From a virus (lineage: Duplodnaviria; Caudoviricetes), in the IMG/VR virus record IMGVR_UViG_3300046615_000768, positions 15,817 to 79,816 of that record: a DNA stretch of 64,000 bases; one strand, 5' to 3'. Shown here piece by piece: positions 19,214 to 28,375 of this stretch. Position numbers and translations under genes: made by a program. The notes beneath the pieces are model-generated. The model was given only the letters and a program-made list of their open reading frames with translations. It was not told the DNA's origin and searched no databases. Each line of letters opens with the position of its first letter. Within the stretch, counting starts at the first letter, position 1.

Positions 19214-20819
19214 GGAATTCCGCCAGTCCCTGCAAGCGGCACCGTTCGAGGCGGTCGCCGACCTGTGGGAGATCATCGAGCGCACCTATGGCATCGAGGG
19301 CAAGGCCTGGCTCGGGCGCAACGACCGCTATTACCTGTTGATCCGATTGCTGCACCGGCTTGATGCCGTGCACCCGTGGCTGTACGCCCGGTGCCGAGAA
19401 GTGGAGGAGCGCCCAGACGGTCATCTTGACCTCTGGGCGCGATGTTGAGAACACTACAAAAGCACGGTCATTACCTACGCCGGCATCATCCAGGCCTTGA
19501 TCATCGACCCGGAAATCACGGTCGGGATTTTCAGCCACACGAAGCCAGTCGCACGTAAATTCCTGCTGCAGATCAAACAGGAGCTGGAGGCCAACGCGGA
19601 CCTGAAACTGGTCTACCCGGACGTGTTCTACTCGGACCCGCGCAACGAGTCGCCGAAGTGGTCCGAAGAGAAGGGGATCGTCGTCAAGCGGCGCTCAAAT
19701 CCCAAAGAAGCCTCTGTCGAGGCACACGGCCTTGTCGATGGACAGCCCACTGGCGCCCACTTCCTCCTGCGCGTGTATGACGACGTTGTCACCCGCGAGT
19801 CGGTGAGTACCCCGGAGCAGGTGGCCAAGACGACCTCCGCATGGGAGTTGAGCGATAACCTCGGCGCCCGCGGCCCCGACGGCAAGAGCCGCGCATGGCA
19901 CGTGGGCACCCGTTACTCGTTTCAGGACAGCTACCAGTCGATCATCGACCGCGGCGCGCTCATTCCGCGCCTGTACGCAGCCACCGACAACGGTATGCCG
20001 GACGGGAAGCCGATCCTGCTGACGCCCGAGGCCTGGGCCGATCGCAAGCTCAAACAGGGCCCGGCCACCATCGCCGCGCAGATGCTGCAGAACCCTGCAG
20101 CCGGCAACCAGGCGATGTTCAGGAAGGAGTGGCTCAGCTTCATCGACATCAGGCCGGCCACCCTGAACGTCTACATCATGGTCGACCCCGCCCACTCGAA
20201 GAAAAAGGGCAGCGACAACACCGCCATGGCCGTCGTCGGCATCGACTCGGGCGGGAACAAGTACCTGCTCGATGGGTTCAGGCACAAAATGGGCCTGCGC
20301 GAACGCTGGGAGGCCATGCGTGGCCTGCGCAAGGTGTGGATCGCACAGCCAGGCGTGCAAATGGTCAAGGTGGGCTATGAGCGTTACGGCCTTCAAGCCG
20401 ACCTCGAATATTTCGAGGAGCAGATGCAGCGCGAGAAGGATGCCTTCCACATCGACGAGCTGAATTGGGTCAGCGAGGGCGGGCAATCGAAAGACGATCG
20501 CGTGCAAAGGCTCCAGCCGGACTTCATGTCCAAGCGGTTCTACCTGGCCGCGGTGGTGCAGGGCGAGACGGCGAACCAGAAGCGCATCCGCGAGCAGGGC
20601 CAGTCGTTCAGGATCTTCCGGCCGGTCAACCGCAGGGACCACGAGGGCAATATCTACAGCCTGAACAAGGGCTTCCTCGAAGAATATCTGACGTACCCGT
20701 TCAGCGCGAAGAAGGACCTCATTGACGCAGTCTCCCGAGTGTTCGACTTGGAGCCGGTCGCGCCGACCATCATCGACGAACGGGTCCTCGAACCCGAGGT
20801 CTACGATGACGGCATGTAA
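19194..20819 (+). CDS. terL: Terminase large subunit interrupted by an in-frame TGA (19446-19448); recoded gene or pseudogene
   Basis: Track ORFs 19194..19448 and 19497..20819 share one frame: LDLWAR-C-*-EHYKSTVITY (Walker A), VYDDVV (Walker B), MVDPA..DNTA (RNase H nuclease), DLIDAVS. Confidence 0.85.
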
Positions 20820-20855
20820 TAGAATCGGTCGGGACAGGCAACCAACGAGGACAGC

Positions 20856-21083
20856 ATGACCGACCGTGATGTGAAGGGCATTTTCTGTGACAGCGCCTAT
20901 CTCGCGGCCGCGCTGCGCAACATGGCCGACGAAGCACACGCCGATGGCCAGCACGCGGACAACTACCACCTCGAAGAAGCAGCGGACCACATCGAGTGCC
21001 TGTACGCCGATGCCTGCGACATGCAACGCACCATCAAGCGCCTGCGCGCCGAGCTGGCCGCAAAAGAAAAGCGCGCTGCCTGA
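20856..21083 (+). CDS. Hypothetical protein
   Basis: GAGGA RBS; 75 aa. Confidence 0.55.
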   Translation: MTDRDVKGIFCDSAYLAAALRNMADEAHADGQHADNYHLEEAADHIECLYADACDMQRTIKRLRAELAAKEKRAA

Positions 21084-21119
21084 CTGGCCAGCGCGCCTGC
21101 AAGAGGGAGACGAAGCCGG

Positions 21120-21602
21120 CTAGTGCATGCTGCCGTCATGCTTCTCAAGCGTCCGGCTCTGCCGGATCATCTCGGCCTGCTCCTTGCCGATCCGGATCAG
21201 CTCGGCGCCACTGCCAACTGGCCACGGGAACTGCTCCCAATCGGTGGCCGCGGCCTGCAGCTCCGCAAGTGGCGCGTTCTCGATCATGGCCAAGCACTCT
21301 TCAAGGTGCAGGTACTGCTGGTCAGGCTCCATCGGGCGCTGTTCCTGATTGCGCAGCATGTCGAGCGCACAGAGGGCAGCTAGCTGCCAGGCAGCGATAG
21401 CCGCGTCGAGATAGGTACGAAAGCGCATCATCGCCACGGCCTGTGCCGCAGCGACCTTGTCCGGCACGAACGGATTCACACTCGGTTCCGGCGGCAGCAG
21501 CGCCGTCACCACGGCAGCTGCGTCTTTCGCCACTTCGAGCACAGTCGCATCGAGGGCAAGGTGGGCTACGTCCTCTTCGCGCATGTCACGTTGGAAGTTC
21601 AT
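21120..21602 (-). CDS. Hypothetical protein
   Basis: AGGAG RBS; second gene of a small leftward unit. Confidence 0.55.
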   Translation of the reverse strand: MNFQRDMREEDVAHLALDATVLEVAKDAAAVVTALLPPEPSVNPFVPDKVAAAQAVAMMRFRTYLDAAIAAWQLAALCALDMLRNQEQRPMEPDQQYLHLEECLAMIENAPLAELQAAATDWEQFPWPVGSGAELIRIGKEQAEMIRQSRTLEKHDGSMH

Positions 21603-21611
21603 GGCAGTCTC

Positions 21612-21929
21612 CTATGCGTCGACGACATGGTCGGCGAAGTGCTGCTCGATGGCCTCGGTGTCGAGGAACTGCTCGGCCCAGGCCAGCGCCTCGTCACGAT
21701 CCATCGGGATCAGGTCCTCGCTGCCGGTCATGCCGTTGCTGCCGACCGGCTTGGCAAAGCGCGTCATCGGGCCACCTTCGCCGACCAGGAAGAAGCGCCG
21801 CGACTTCGGTGACACGTACAGCGCAGCTTCCCAATCACGAAAGTCGTTGCGCCCCAGGTTCGTCGCGTACTCGCCGACCAGCGTCGCCTTGTCGCTGTCA
21901 TACCGCACGCCATTGATGATCTTCTTCAT
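21612..21929 (-). CDS. Hypothetical protein (MKKIINGVRYD...)
   Basis: GGAGGA RBS; KKII.G..Y.T..A..LY......FF..G.GG pattern. Confidence 0.65.
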   Translation of the reverse strand: MKKIINGVRYDSDKATLVGEYATNLGRNDFRDWEAALYVSPKSRRFFLVGEGGPMTRFAKPVGSNGMTGSEDLIPMDRDEALAWAEQFLDTEAIEQHFADHVVDA

Positions 21930-21972
21930 CGCTTCCTCCGTAGGTTGACGCGGGCACGCACCCGCTAAGTGC

Positions 21973-22001
21973 ATCGTAGTACGCACCCGCAGGGTGCGCA
22001 A
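21973..22001 (-). promoter_or_regulatory. Sigma70 promoter with spacer palindrome
   Basis: Minus strand TTGCGC-17 nt-TACGAT; CGCACCC-GCA-GGGTGCG at 21982-21998. Confidence 0.6.
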
Positions 22002-22027
22002 GGGGAATCACTCAGCCGTGCGCGGCA

Positions 22028-22070
22028 CCCCGACAAGACCCGGCAAGACCCCGACAAGACCCCGGCAAGG
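22028..22070. repeat. Tandem 10-11-nt repeat, 4 copies
   Basis: CCCCGACAAGA CCCGGCAAGA CCCCGACAAGA CCCCGGCAAGG. Confidence 0.8.
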
Positions 22071-22131
22071 CCCGCTGCCTTGACGTTTCATCTGATCCCA
22101 CTACCGCGACCGCACCGAGATCACGCCGCCC

Positions 22132-22181
22132 GGCGCGTCCAGGCGCGTCCAGACGCGTCTTGGCGCGTCTTGGCGCGTCCA
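22132..22181. repeat. Tandem 10-nt repeat, 5 copies
   Basis: GGCGCGTCCA GGCGCGTCCA GACGCGTCTT GGCGCGTCTT GGCGCGTCCA. Confidence 0.85.
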
Positions 22182-22200
22182 GCTGAACGAGGAACACGAC

Positions 22201-22470
22201 ATGAAGCCACTTCAACCCGTACTTCCGGTCCAGCCGGTCAAGTCGGTGCAGCCGGCGCGCACGGTCAAGACCGTCAAGCCGGTCGCCGCGCCGGCCAAGC
22301 CGGCCCCGATCTCGTTGCCCAAGCGCTCGAACATGGCACGGCCACCCGTGGCCAAGACCAAGCGCGTGGTGCCGAGCGTGCCGAGCGGTCGCGGCGTCGT
22401 CCGCACCGACACCCATAACGCCGCCAACCAGGTGCCGGCAGCAGCCAAGCACAAGAAGCGCGGCCTGTAA
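22201..22470 (+). CDS. Small basic Pro/Lys/Val-rich protein
   Basis: GAGGA RBS; low-complexity PVK repeats. Confidence 0.55.
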   Translation: MKPLQPVLPVQPVKSVQPARTVKTVKPVAAPAKPAPISLPKRSNMARPPVAKTKRVVPSVPSGRGVVRTDTHNAANQVPAAAKHKKRGL

Positions 22471-22481
22471 GGAGCTATCAC

Positions 22482-22658
22482 ATGGCAGATCCGACGATCC
22501 CGAGCTTTTCCGAGCAGCTGTGGTCCGAGCAGGTGGGACTTGCAGGCGGCACCAACGAGGACGGCCCCGGCTACGTGTTCTCGTCCGGCCGCACCTTCGT
22601 CAAGACCCCGTATGACCCGCCTGTGCCGGTCCCGCTGCCCGAGGAGCCGACGCCTTGA
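22482..22658 (+). CDS. Hypothetical 58-aa protein (not in track)
   Basis: AAGGAG RBS; MADPTIPSFSEQLW...; stop overlaps the next start. Confidence 0.55.
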   Translation: MADPTIPSFSEQLWSEQVGLAGGTNEDGPGYVFSSGRTFVKTPYDPPVPVPLPEEPTP

Positions 22659-22810
22659 GCGAGCTGCGCGACCTCGCACGCGACGAATACGACGCCCTGC
22701 CCGAGGCGATCCGCTGGAACTACACCTGGGACCAGTACCAGTGGCTGTCCGACGCCGAGAAGGCGCGCCTGATCCAAATCGAGACGGAGCCCGAACAGTA
22801 TGTCGACTAG
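22655..22810 (+). CDS. Hypothetical 51-aa protein (not in track)
   Basis: GAGGAG RBS, TTG start; MSELRDLARDEYDALPEAIRWNYTWDQYQWLSDAEKARL. Confidence 0.55.
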   Translation: MSELRDLARDEYDALPEAIRWNYTWDQYQWLSDAEKARLIQIETEPEQYVD

Positions 22811-23024
22811 CCGTCACCCCAGGTTCGAGAAGCGCATCGAGCCGCGCGTCGTCACCTACCGCCTGACCCGCTACCTGAACGCGGTCCCGTTCGGCATCGA
22901 GCTGTGTGTCGTGCGCGAAGAGTACGAGCTGGGCCGCGCCGTCGTGGCACGGCGCCTGCTGCGGGCCCGCACGAAGCTGCGCCAGATGGCCGCTGCCGTC
23001 GCCACCAACAGGGAGTTCGCATGA
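22800..23024 (+). CDS. Hypothetical protein
   Basis: Overlap-coupled, 74 aa. Confidence 0.5.
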   Translation: MSTSRHPRFEKRIEPRVVTYRLTRYLNAVPFGIELCVVREEYELGRAVVARRLLRARTKLRQMAAAVATNREFA

Positions 23025-23374
23025 CCCGACTACTGAACGGCCTCGACGAGACCGCCATCACCAGCGCGCACGACCACACGCTGGCGAAAGAAATGGCCGA
23101 CGCACTGCTGGACCACTACCCCGGCCACCTGTGGGCGGTATCCGCTGACTCCTCGACGGGCATGTGCGACATCAGGAACCTGCTGTTCAGCGGCGAGTGG
23201 GGCTACCGCCTCAAGATCCCGCTGATCTACAGCGCGTCGGCCTTCAAGCAGGACGTGATCCGCGCCGGTGGCGAGATCCTCGAACGCTTCCGTACCGCGC
23301 GTGGCCGCTTCGATGAGGGCCACTACGCCGGTTTGCAAACCAACTTCGCGGGCGACTTCAAGCCTGACCTCTAA
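23021..23374 (+). CDS. Hypothetical protein preceding the portal
   Basis: GGAG RBS, ATGA overlap; L..HYPGHLWAV motif. Confidence 0.6.
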   Translation: MTRLLNGLDETAITSAHDHTLAKEMADALLDHYPGHLWAVSADSSTGMCDIRNLLFSGEWGYRLKIPLIYSASAFKQDVIRAGGEILERFRTARGRFDEGHYAGLQTNFAGDFKPDL

Positions 23375-26197
23375 ATGACCTCTACCCCCGACTGGCTGAC
23401 ACTGGCGCGCGACGCCTACACTGCCTCGACCGCCTATTTTGATGCGTCGATCCGGCAGCAGATCGAAGCCGATCTGCGCCAGTCGCAAGGGCAGCACCCG
23501 ACCGGCTCGAAGTACCTGTCCGACCGCGGCCGCTCGCGCCTGTTCCGACCCAAGACGCGCGCCACGATCCGCAAGAATGAAGCCCAGGCCGCCGAGGCCT
23601 TCTTCTCGACCACGGACGTGGTGGCGATCTCCCCCGAGAACGACAACGACCCGGTGCAAAAGGCGAGCGCTGCCGTCATGGGCGAGCTGCTGCAGTACAG
23701 GCTCACCAAGAGCATCCCGTGGTTCCTCACCCTCGTCGGTGCCTATCAGGACGCGCAGACCGTCGGCGTCGTGGCCTCGTACCAGTATTGGGAGTACAAC
23801 GAGAAGCGGAAGATCGACCGGCCAGCGATCCGCCTGATCCCTGTGGAGAATTTGCGCTTCGACCCCGGTGCGAACTGGACCGACCCGGTCGGCACCAGCC
23901 CCTACATCGTGGAGCTGATCCCGATGTATTTGGGCGAGGTCCGTCGCCGCATGAACAGCCCCGACCCCAAGACCGGCGAGGCCAAGTGGAAGAACCTGCC
24001 CGACGCCGTCATCCTGACCGCGACGAAGTCCTACGGCGACACGATCCGCATGCAGCGCGAGGGCCAGCGCACCGATTCCAAGTACCAGACGCAGGCCAAC
24101 AATTCGTACAACATCGTCTGGGTGCACAAGAACATCGTCAGCGTCGACGACGAGGACTTTGTCTATTACACGCTGGGCGTCGACCACCTGCTGTCGGACC
24201 CGCGCCCGCTCTCCGAAGTCTACTTCCACGGCAAGCGCCCGTATGTGATCGGTTCCTGCGTGGTCGAGACGCACAAGAACTACCCGTCCGGCGTGCCGCG
24301 CCTGACGCGCGACGTGCAGGCCGAGATCAACGAAGTGGCGAACTCGCGCATCGACAACGTCAAATTGGCGATGAATAAACGCTACTTCGCGCGCAGGAAC
24401 AAACAGGTCGATATCCGCAGCGTCACGCGCAACGTGCCGGGATCAGTGACCCTGATGCAGGACACGGACGATGTGAAGGTCGTCGAATTCAACGACGTGA
24501 CCGGCTCCAGCTACAAGGAGCAGGAGGTGTTGAACCTCGATTTCGACGACATGGCCGGTGCCTTCTCGGGATCGAGCGTACAGAGCAACCGCAAGCTGAA
24601 CGAGACGGTCGGCGGCATGAACCTGCTGTCCACCACGGCCAATCAGGTGTCCGGCTACCAGCTGCGGACCTTCGTGGAGACGTGGGTTGAGCCCGTGCTG
24701 CGCCAGATCGTCATGCTCGAACAGTATTACGAAACGGACGAAACAGTCCTCGGCCTGTGTGGCCAGGCTGCGGGCCTGTTCCAGAAGTTCGGCATCGACC
24801 AGATCACCGACGACATGCTGATGCAAGAGTTCACCTTGAATGTGAATGTTGGCATGGGAGCAACGAATCCGCAGGAACAGGTGCAACAGTTCATCAGCGG
24901 CATGCAGGCACTGCGCGACATTCTCGCCGACGGTTCCCTCATGGGCCTGGGCCTGAAAGTGGACGAAGTCATCACCGAACTGTTCGGCAAGCTTGGCTAC
25001 AAGGATGGCAGTCGCTTCTTCGAGCTGGAACAGCAGGACCCGCAGATCGCGCAGATGCAGCAGACCATCGACCAGCTCAAGGCGGATCTGGAGAAGAAGA
25101 TGCCGCAGGAGCTGCTGGAGGCGACGATCCGCCGCATCGACGCCGAGATCGCGTCCATGGGCGTGCGCGACAAGGTGGGCAACGCCGAAGCGGTCAAGAA
25201 GGGCTCCGAGGCGCAGTTCTCGGCCATGCAGACGGCGGAAGTCATCGCCGCCGTGCCAGCCGTGGCACCGATCGCGGACGAACTGATGAAGGCAGCGGGC
25301 TACGTGGTCCCGACGCCGACCGGCGTCGACCCGAACTTCCCGCAGCCGGCCACGCCGGACGCCGCGCTCGGCATCGAGGCGGTCAAGAACAGGCGCACGG
25401 GCATGGCCTTCATGCCTGGAGCGCCCGGACTGCCGGCGCCGTCGACCACCCTGCAGCCAGCCGCGCCCGCGGACTCGAACACCGGCCAGCGGCAAGGCAT
25501 CGAGACGGTACGCCCCGACAGCATCGCCCAGGCAGCGTTCGCCGACGGTGGACTGGTCCCGGCCCCGGACGAATACCTGACCTCGTACACCGCGCCGCAC
25601 CAGTATTCCGCGCAGCCGGTCCAGCAGGTCGTGCCCCCTTCGGTAATGCAGCAGATGACGCGGGCGATTGACAAGAACGGCGGCGACTTCATCAACGCGA
25701 GCGGCCAGCTCGACAACCTGCACGGCTACAACCTGGCAGCAGCGGGGATCGAGACGAACCTGCCGTACAGCCAGATCAAGGCCGAAGTGAACAACTCGAT
25801 GGTCAAGAGCGCGCTGAGTGAGTCGGCGTTCAACACCGGCAAGATGGGCGGCAGGATGAGCGAGGTCGTTGGCTACGCCGACGGGGGCGTCATCAGCGGC
25901 CCCGGCACCGGCACCTCGGATTCGATTGCCGCCATGGCTGCAGGACAGCCACTGGCCGTCTCGAACGGCGAATACCACGTGCCGGCCGCAGTGGTCGAAG
26001 CGCTCGGCGCCGACTTCTTCGAGCGCCTGATCGAGGACTTCCACACGCCGACCGGCTCGCCAGACCCCGCCATGCCCGTCTCGGGCGAGCCGCTGGCCAT
26101 GGAACCGGGAGATTTCGTGGTCCCGGCTGATGTCGTCGAGGCCTTGGGCCGTGACTTCTTCGACAAGCTCGTCGCCACGTTCGGAGGTGCGCAATGA
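23375..26197 (+). CDS. Portal protein (P22-like) with a long C-terminal extension
   Basis: Position between terL and scaffold; LFRPKTR, QAEINE..N.RIDNV, ETVGG, F.ETW.EP.LR motifs; 940 aa. Confidence 0.85.
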   Translation: MTSTPDWLTLARDAYTASTAYFDASIRQQIEADLRQSQGQHPTGSKYLSDRGRSRLFRPKTRATIRKNEAQAAEAFFSTTDVVAISPENDNDPVQKASAAVMGELLQYRLTKSIPWFLTLVGAYQDAQTVGVVASYQYWEYNEKRKIDRPAIRLIPVENLRFDPGANWTDPVGTSPYIVELIPMYLGEVRRRMNSPDPKTGEAKWKNLPDAVILTATKSYGDTIRMQREGQRTDSKYQTQANNSYNIVWVHKNIVSVDDEDFVYYTLGVDHLLSDPRPLSEVYFHGKRPYVIGSCVVETHKNYPSGVPRLTRDVQAEINEVANSRIDNVKLAMNKRYFARRNKQVDIRSVTRNVPGSVTLMQDTDDVKVVEFNDVTGSSYKEQEVLNLDFDDMAGAFSGSSVQSNRKLNETVGGMNLLSTTANQVSGYQLRTFVETWVEPVLRQIVMLEQYYETDETVLGLCGQAAGLFQKFGIDQITDDMLMQEFTLNVNVGMGATNPQEQVQQFISGMQALRDILADGSLMGLGLKVDEVITELFGKLGYKDGSRFFELEQQDPQIAQMQQTIDQLKADLEKKMPQELLEATIRRIDAEIASMGVRDKVGNAEAVKKGSEAQFSAMQTAEVIAAVPAVAPIADELMKAAGYVVPTPTGVDPNFPQPATPDAALGIEAVKNRRTGMAFMPGAPGLPAPSTTLQPAAPADSNTGQRQGIETVRPDSIAQAAFADGGLVPAPDEYLTSYTAPHQYSAQPVQQVVPPSVMQQMTRAIDKNGGDFINASGQLDNLHGYNLAAAGIETNLPYSQIKAEVNNSMVKSALSESAFNTGKMGGRMSEVVGYADGGVISGPGTGTSDSIAAMAAGQPLAVSNGEYHVPAAVVEALGADFFERLIEDFHTPTGSPDPAMPVSGEPLAMEPGDFVVPADVVEALGRDFFDKLVATFGGAQ

Positions 26198-26487
26198 ATG
26201 ACCAGTTCGAGCCGGCCGAAGTAGGCGAGCTGCTGAAAACCGTCGAACTCGGCCTCGATGTGGCGCAGTTTCTGCGCTCGCCTGTTGGCCAGTACCTGAT
26301 GCAGAAGGCCGACGACGAGCGCGCCGACGCCCTGGCCGACCTCGTCGACGTATCCCCAAGAGACCCCGAAGCGATCCGCGCCCTGCAATCAACCATCAAG
26401 CGCGCCGACAGCATTCAGTTCTGGTTGAAAGACGCAGTACAAGCCGGCATCAACGCCGAAGCACAACTTGACCCCCGTGGAGAGTGA
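26194..26487 (+). CDS. Small head-associated protein
   Basis: ATGA overlap with the portal; FL.SP.G.YL pattern. Confidence 0.6.
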   Translation: MNDQFEPAEVGELLKTVELGLDVAQFLRSPVGQYLMQKADDERADALADLVDVSPRDPEAIRALQSTIKRADSIQFWLKDAVQAGINAEAQLDPRGE

Positions 26488-26763
26488 ATGATCGACCTCG
26501 AATCCCTGATGGACCAGCTGGAAGAAGCCGAAGCACTGCTGTTGGAGCCGCGCGAGTTCTTCGATGAAGCGCTGCTCGGGATTTCCGACAGCGCGCAGGG
26601 GCAGCGGGTGGCCGTCTACGAGATCGGCAAGTGCATCGCGGCCCTGATGAAGGGCTACGAGTGGGACTTCGAGACGGCGCAGGAATGGTTCGAGTTCAAC
26701 ACCATCGGCGCCTACGTCGGTGAGGGGACGCCGCTGTTCCTCGACCTGCTGGTGCGCGACTGA
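26488..26763 (+). CDS. Hypothetical protein
   Basis: A.EWFEFNT.GAYVGE.TP.F motif. Confidence 0.65.
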   Translation: MIDLESLMDQLEEAEALLLEPREFFDEALLGISDSAQGQRVAVYEIGKCIAALMKGYEWDFETAQEWFEFNTIGAYVGEGTPLFLDLLVRD

Positions 26764-26777
26764 ACGGAGTCGCGCCA

Positions 26778-26999
26778 GTGAAGACCATCGTGCACGTGAA
26801 CCAGCACGCAGTGAAGCGTAACGCGAAGGAGGGGACCCGCGACCCGGTCCTCACCGTCAAGACCTACAAATCGAACCAGTACGCGCACCAGGTGGAGATC
26901 GACGGCCCGAGTCGCGTTGTCTACTCGCCCGACAAGCCCCTGTCCTGCGGCGCCCGCGTCTGGATCGAGACGACCAGCCCGGTCCACATCATCGAATAA
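26778..26999 (+). CDS. Hypothetical protein
   Basis: IHVNQH...PVLTVKTYK..Y...VEI.GPS..VY..DKPLSCGARVWIET. Confidence 0.7.
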   Translation: MKTIVHVNQHAVKRNAKEGTRDPVLTVKTYKSNQYAHQVEIDGPSRVVYSPDKPLSCGARVWIETTSPVHIIE

Positions 27000-27025
27000 C
27001 GCACGTCCCACCATCGGGAGCGGCC

Positions 27026-27229
27026 ATGTCACCAGCACTGCAAGGCGTCATGCAAACCCTGCGCGACTTCGCCGCAGATCCGTTCTCGATTGCCTACGTC
27101 TTCGCCACGAAGACCGGCAAGCGAATCCTCGTCTACCCGGAGGAGATCGACGCCCACCCGACCGACGAAGGCCTGCTTGCCTACCTGGGCGAGCGCATCA
27201 AGGCCAAGGACGAGGGCCGTACCGAATAG
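27026..27229 (+). CDS. Hypothetical protein
   Basis: GGAG RBS; 67 aa. Confidence 0.5.
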   Translation: MSPALQGVMQTLRDFAADPFSIAYVFATKTGKRILVYPEEIDAHPTDEGLLAYLGERIKAKDEGRTE

Positions 27230-27308
27230 ATTCAGGCCGCCGTCCTGGTGGCCTTCCTGCCCGCTCGGCGCTCTGTCTGGCGGGCTCTTTTATATCAGGA
27301 GTTTCTAA

Positions 27309-28346
27309 ATGGCAGACAGCGCTATCCAACCGGACGTGCAGGAAGCAGCAGCAACCGTCGTAACCGAAGTACCGAAAACCCCACGCGAGCTGGCTCTTGA
27401 ACAGCTCGAACAGCGTCACCAGCAGCAGATGGCCGAATCGAACGGCTACGAGCTGCCGATGGACGACGACGATCCGGCGCCGGCGCCGCAAGCACAGCCC
27501 GAGAAGGTCGACCAGCTCGCCGCGCAGATGGCCGACCCGGTCGTGACCGAGACGCCGGACCGTGTGCGCATCAAGGTCGACGGCGTCGAAACCGACGTGC
27601 CGCTCGATGAAGTGGTGCGCCAGTACCAGAAGCACAGCAGCGCGGACCGCCGCCTGGCCGAAGCGACGCGCCTCCTGCGCGAAGCCGAAGCCACCCAGGC
27701 ACGGATCGCACAGGAAGCGCAGGAAGCACAGCTGCGCGCGCAGCAGAACCAGCAACAGCCGCAGCAGCAGGCGGCAGCATCGGAAGCAGGAACCGACGCT
27801 CCAGAGACGGAAGCGTCAGGCAAGGAATTCCTCAAGGCCCTCTTCGAGGGTGACGAGGAGAACGCGTTGGCAGCGTTGCAGAAGGTTGTGGGAGGACGGC
27901 AGCAGGCGCAAGCGCCCGCGCCCACCCTCGACATCGACCAGATCGCACAGGCCGTCACGCACCAAGTGCAGCAAAAGCTCGTCGTAGAGAGTGCATTGAC
28001 GCAGAACCAGCAGACGTACCCCGAGTTGTATAGCGATCCCGATATGGAAGCCCTCGCCCTCACCAAGATCCAGCGCCTGCGCGAGCAGACCGGCACCGAT
28101 TTTCTCAGTGCCCTGGACACCGTGAGCCGCGACATGGCAACCAAGTTCGGATGGAGCGCGCATGCAGACCAGGGCCGACAGGCTGATCCTGCACCGACCA
28201 CATCGAACCGAACGGCAAAGCTGGATGCAAAGCGACAGATCGACAACGTCTCGTCGGTCAACACAAAAACCACGAGCAGCGAAGTGCAGCCCGAAAATCC
28301 AAGCGACGTGATCGCGGCGATGAAGGCGGCACGCGCGGGCGCGTGA
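27309..28346 (+). CDS. Capsid scaffolding protein
   Basis: Acidic/Gln-rich coiled coil; IKVDGVE..VPLDEV...YQK motif; directly before the capsid gene. Confidence 0.8.
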   Translation: MADSAIQPDVQEAAATVVTEVPKTPRELALEQLEQRHQQQMAESNGYELPMDDDDPAPAPQAQPEKVDQLAAQMADPVVTETPDRVRIKVDGVETDVPLDEVVRQYQKHSSADRRLAEATRLLREAEATQARIAQEAQEAQLRAQQNQQQPQQQAAASEAGTDAPETEASGKEFLKALFEGDEENALAALQKVVGGRQQAQAPAPTLDIDQIAQAVTHQVQQKLVVESALTQNQQTYPELYSDPDMEALALTKIQRLREQTGTDFLSALDTVSRDMATKFGWSAHADQGRQADPAPTTSNRTAKLDAKRQIDNVSSVNTKTTSSEVQPENPSDVIAAMKAARAGA

Positions 28347-28375
28347 TCCATCTTTCTTACTAGGAGTACACAATC

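Noticed and set aside
19443-19448. Intein or micro group I intron as the explanation of the terL insertion
   Set aside because: No intein body, and the next residue is Glu rather than a nucleophile; the only 6-nt U|...G excision (19444-19449) creates TAA
19497-20819. TerL starting at MIIDPE as an independent gene
   Set aside because: It would lack the Walker A (HYKS) lying just upstream in the same frame
22028-22181. CRISPR array interpretation of the short repeats
   Set aside because: Units are adjacent 10-11-mers with no spacers; no cas genes
27258-27292. GCCCGC...GCGGGC-TCTTTT hairpin before the scaffold gene as a terminator
   Set aside because: Large loop and short interrupted U-tract; too weak to list
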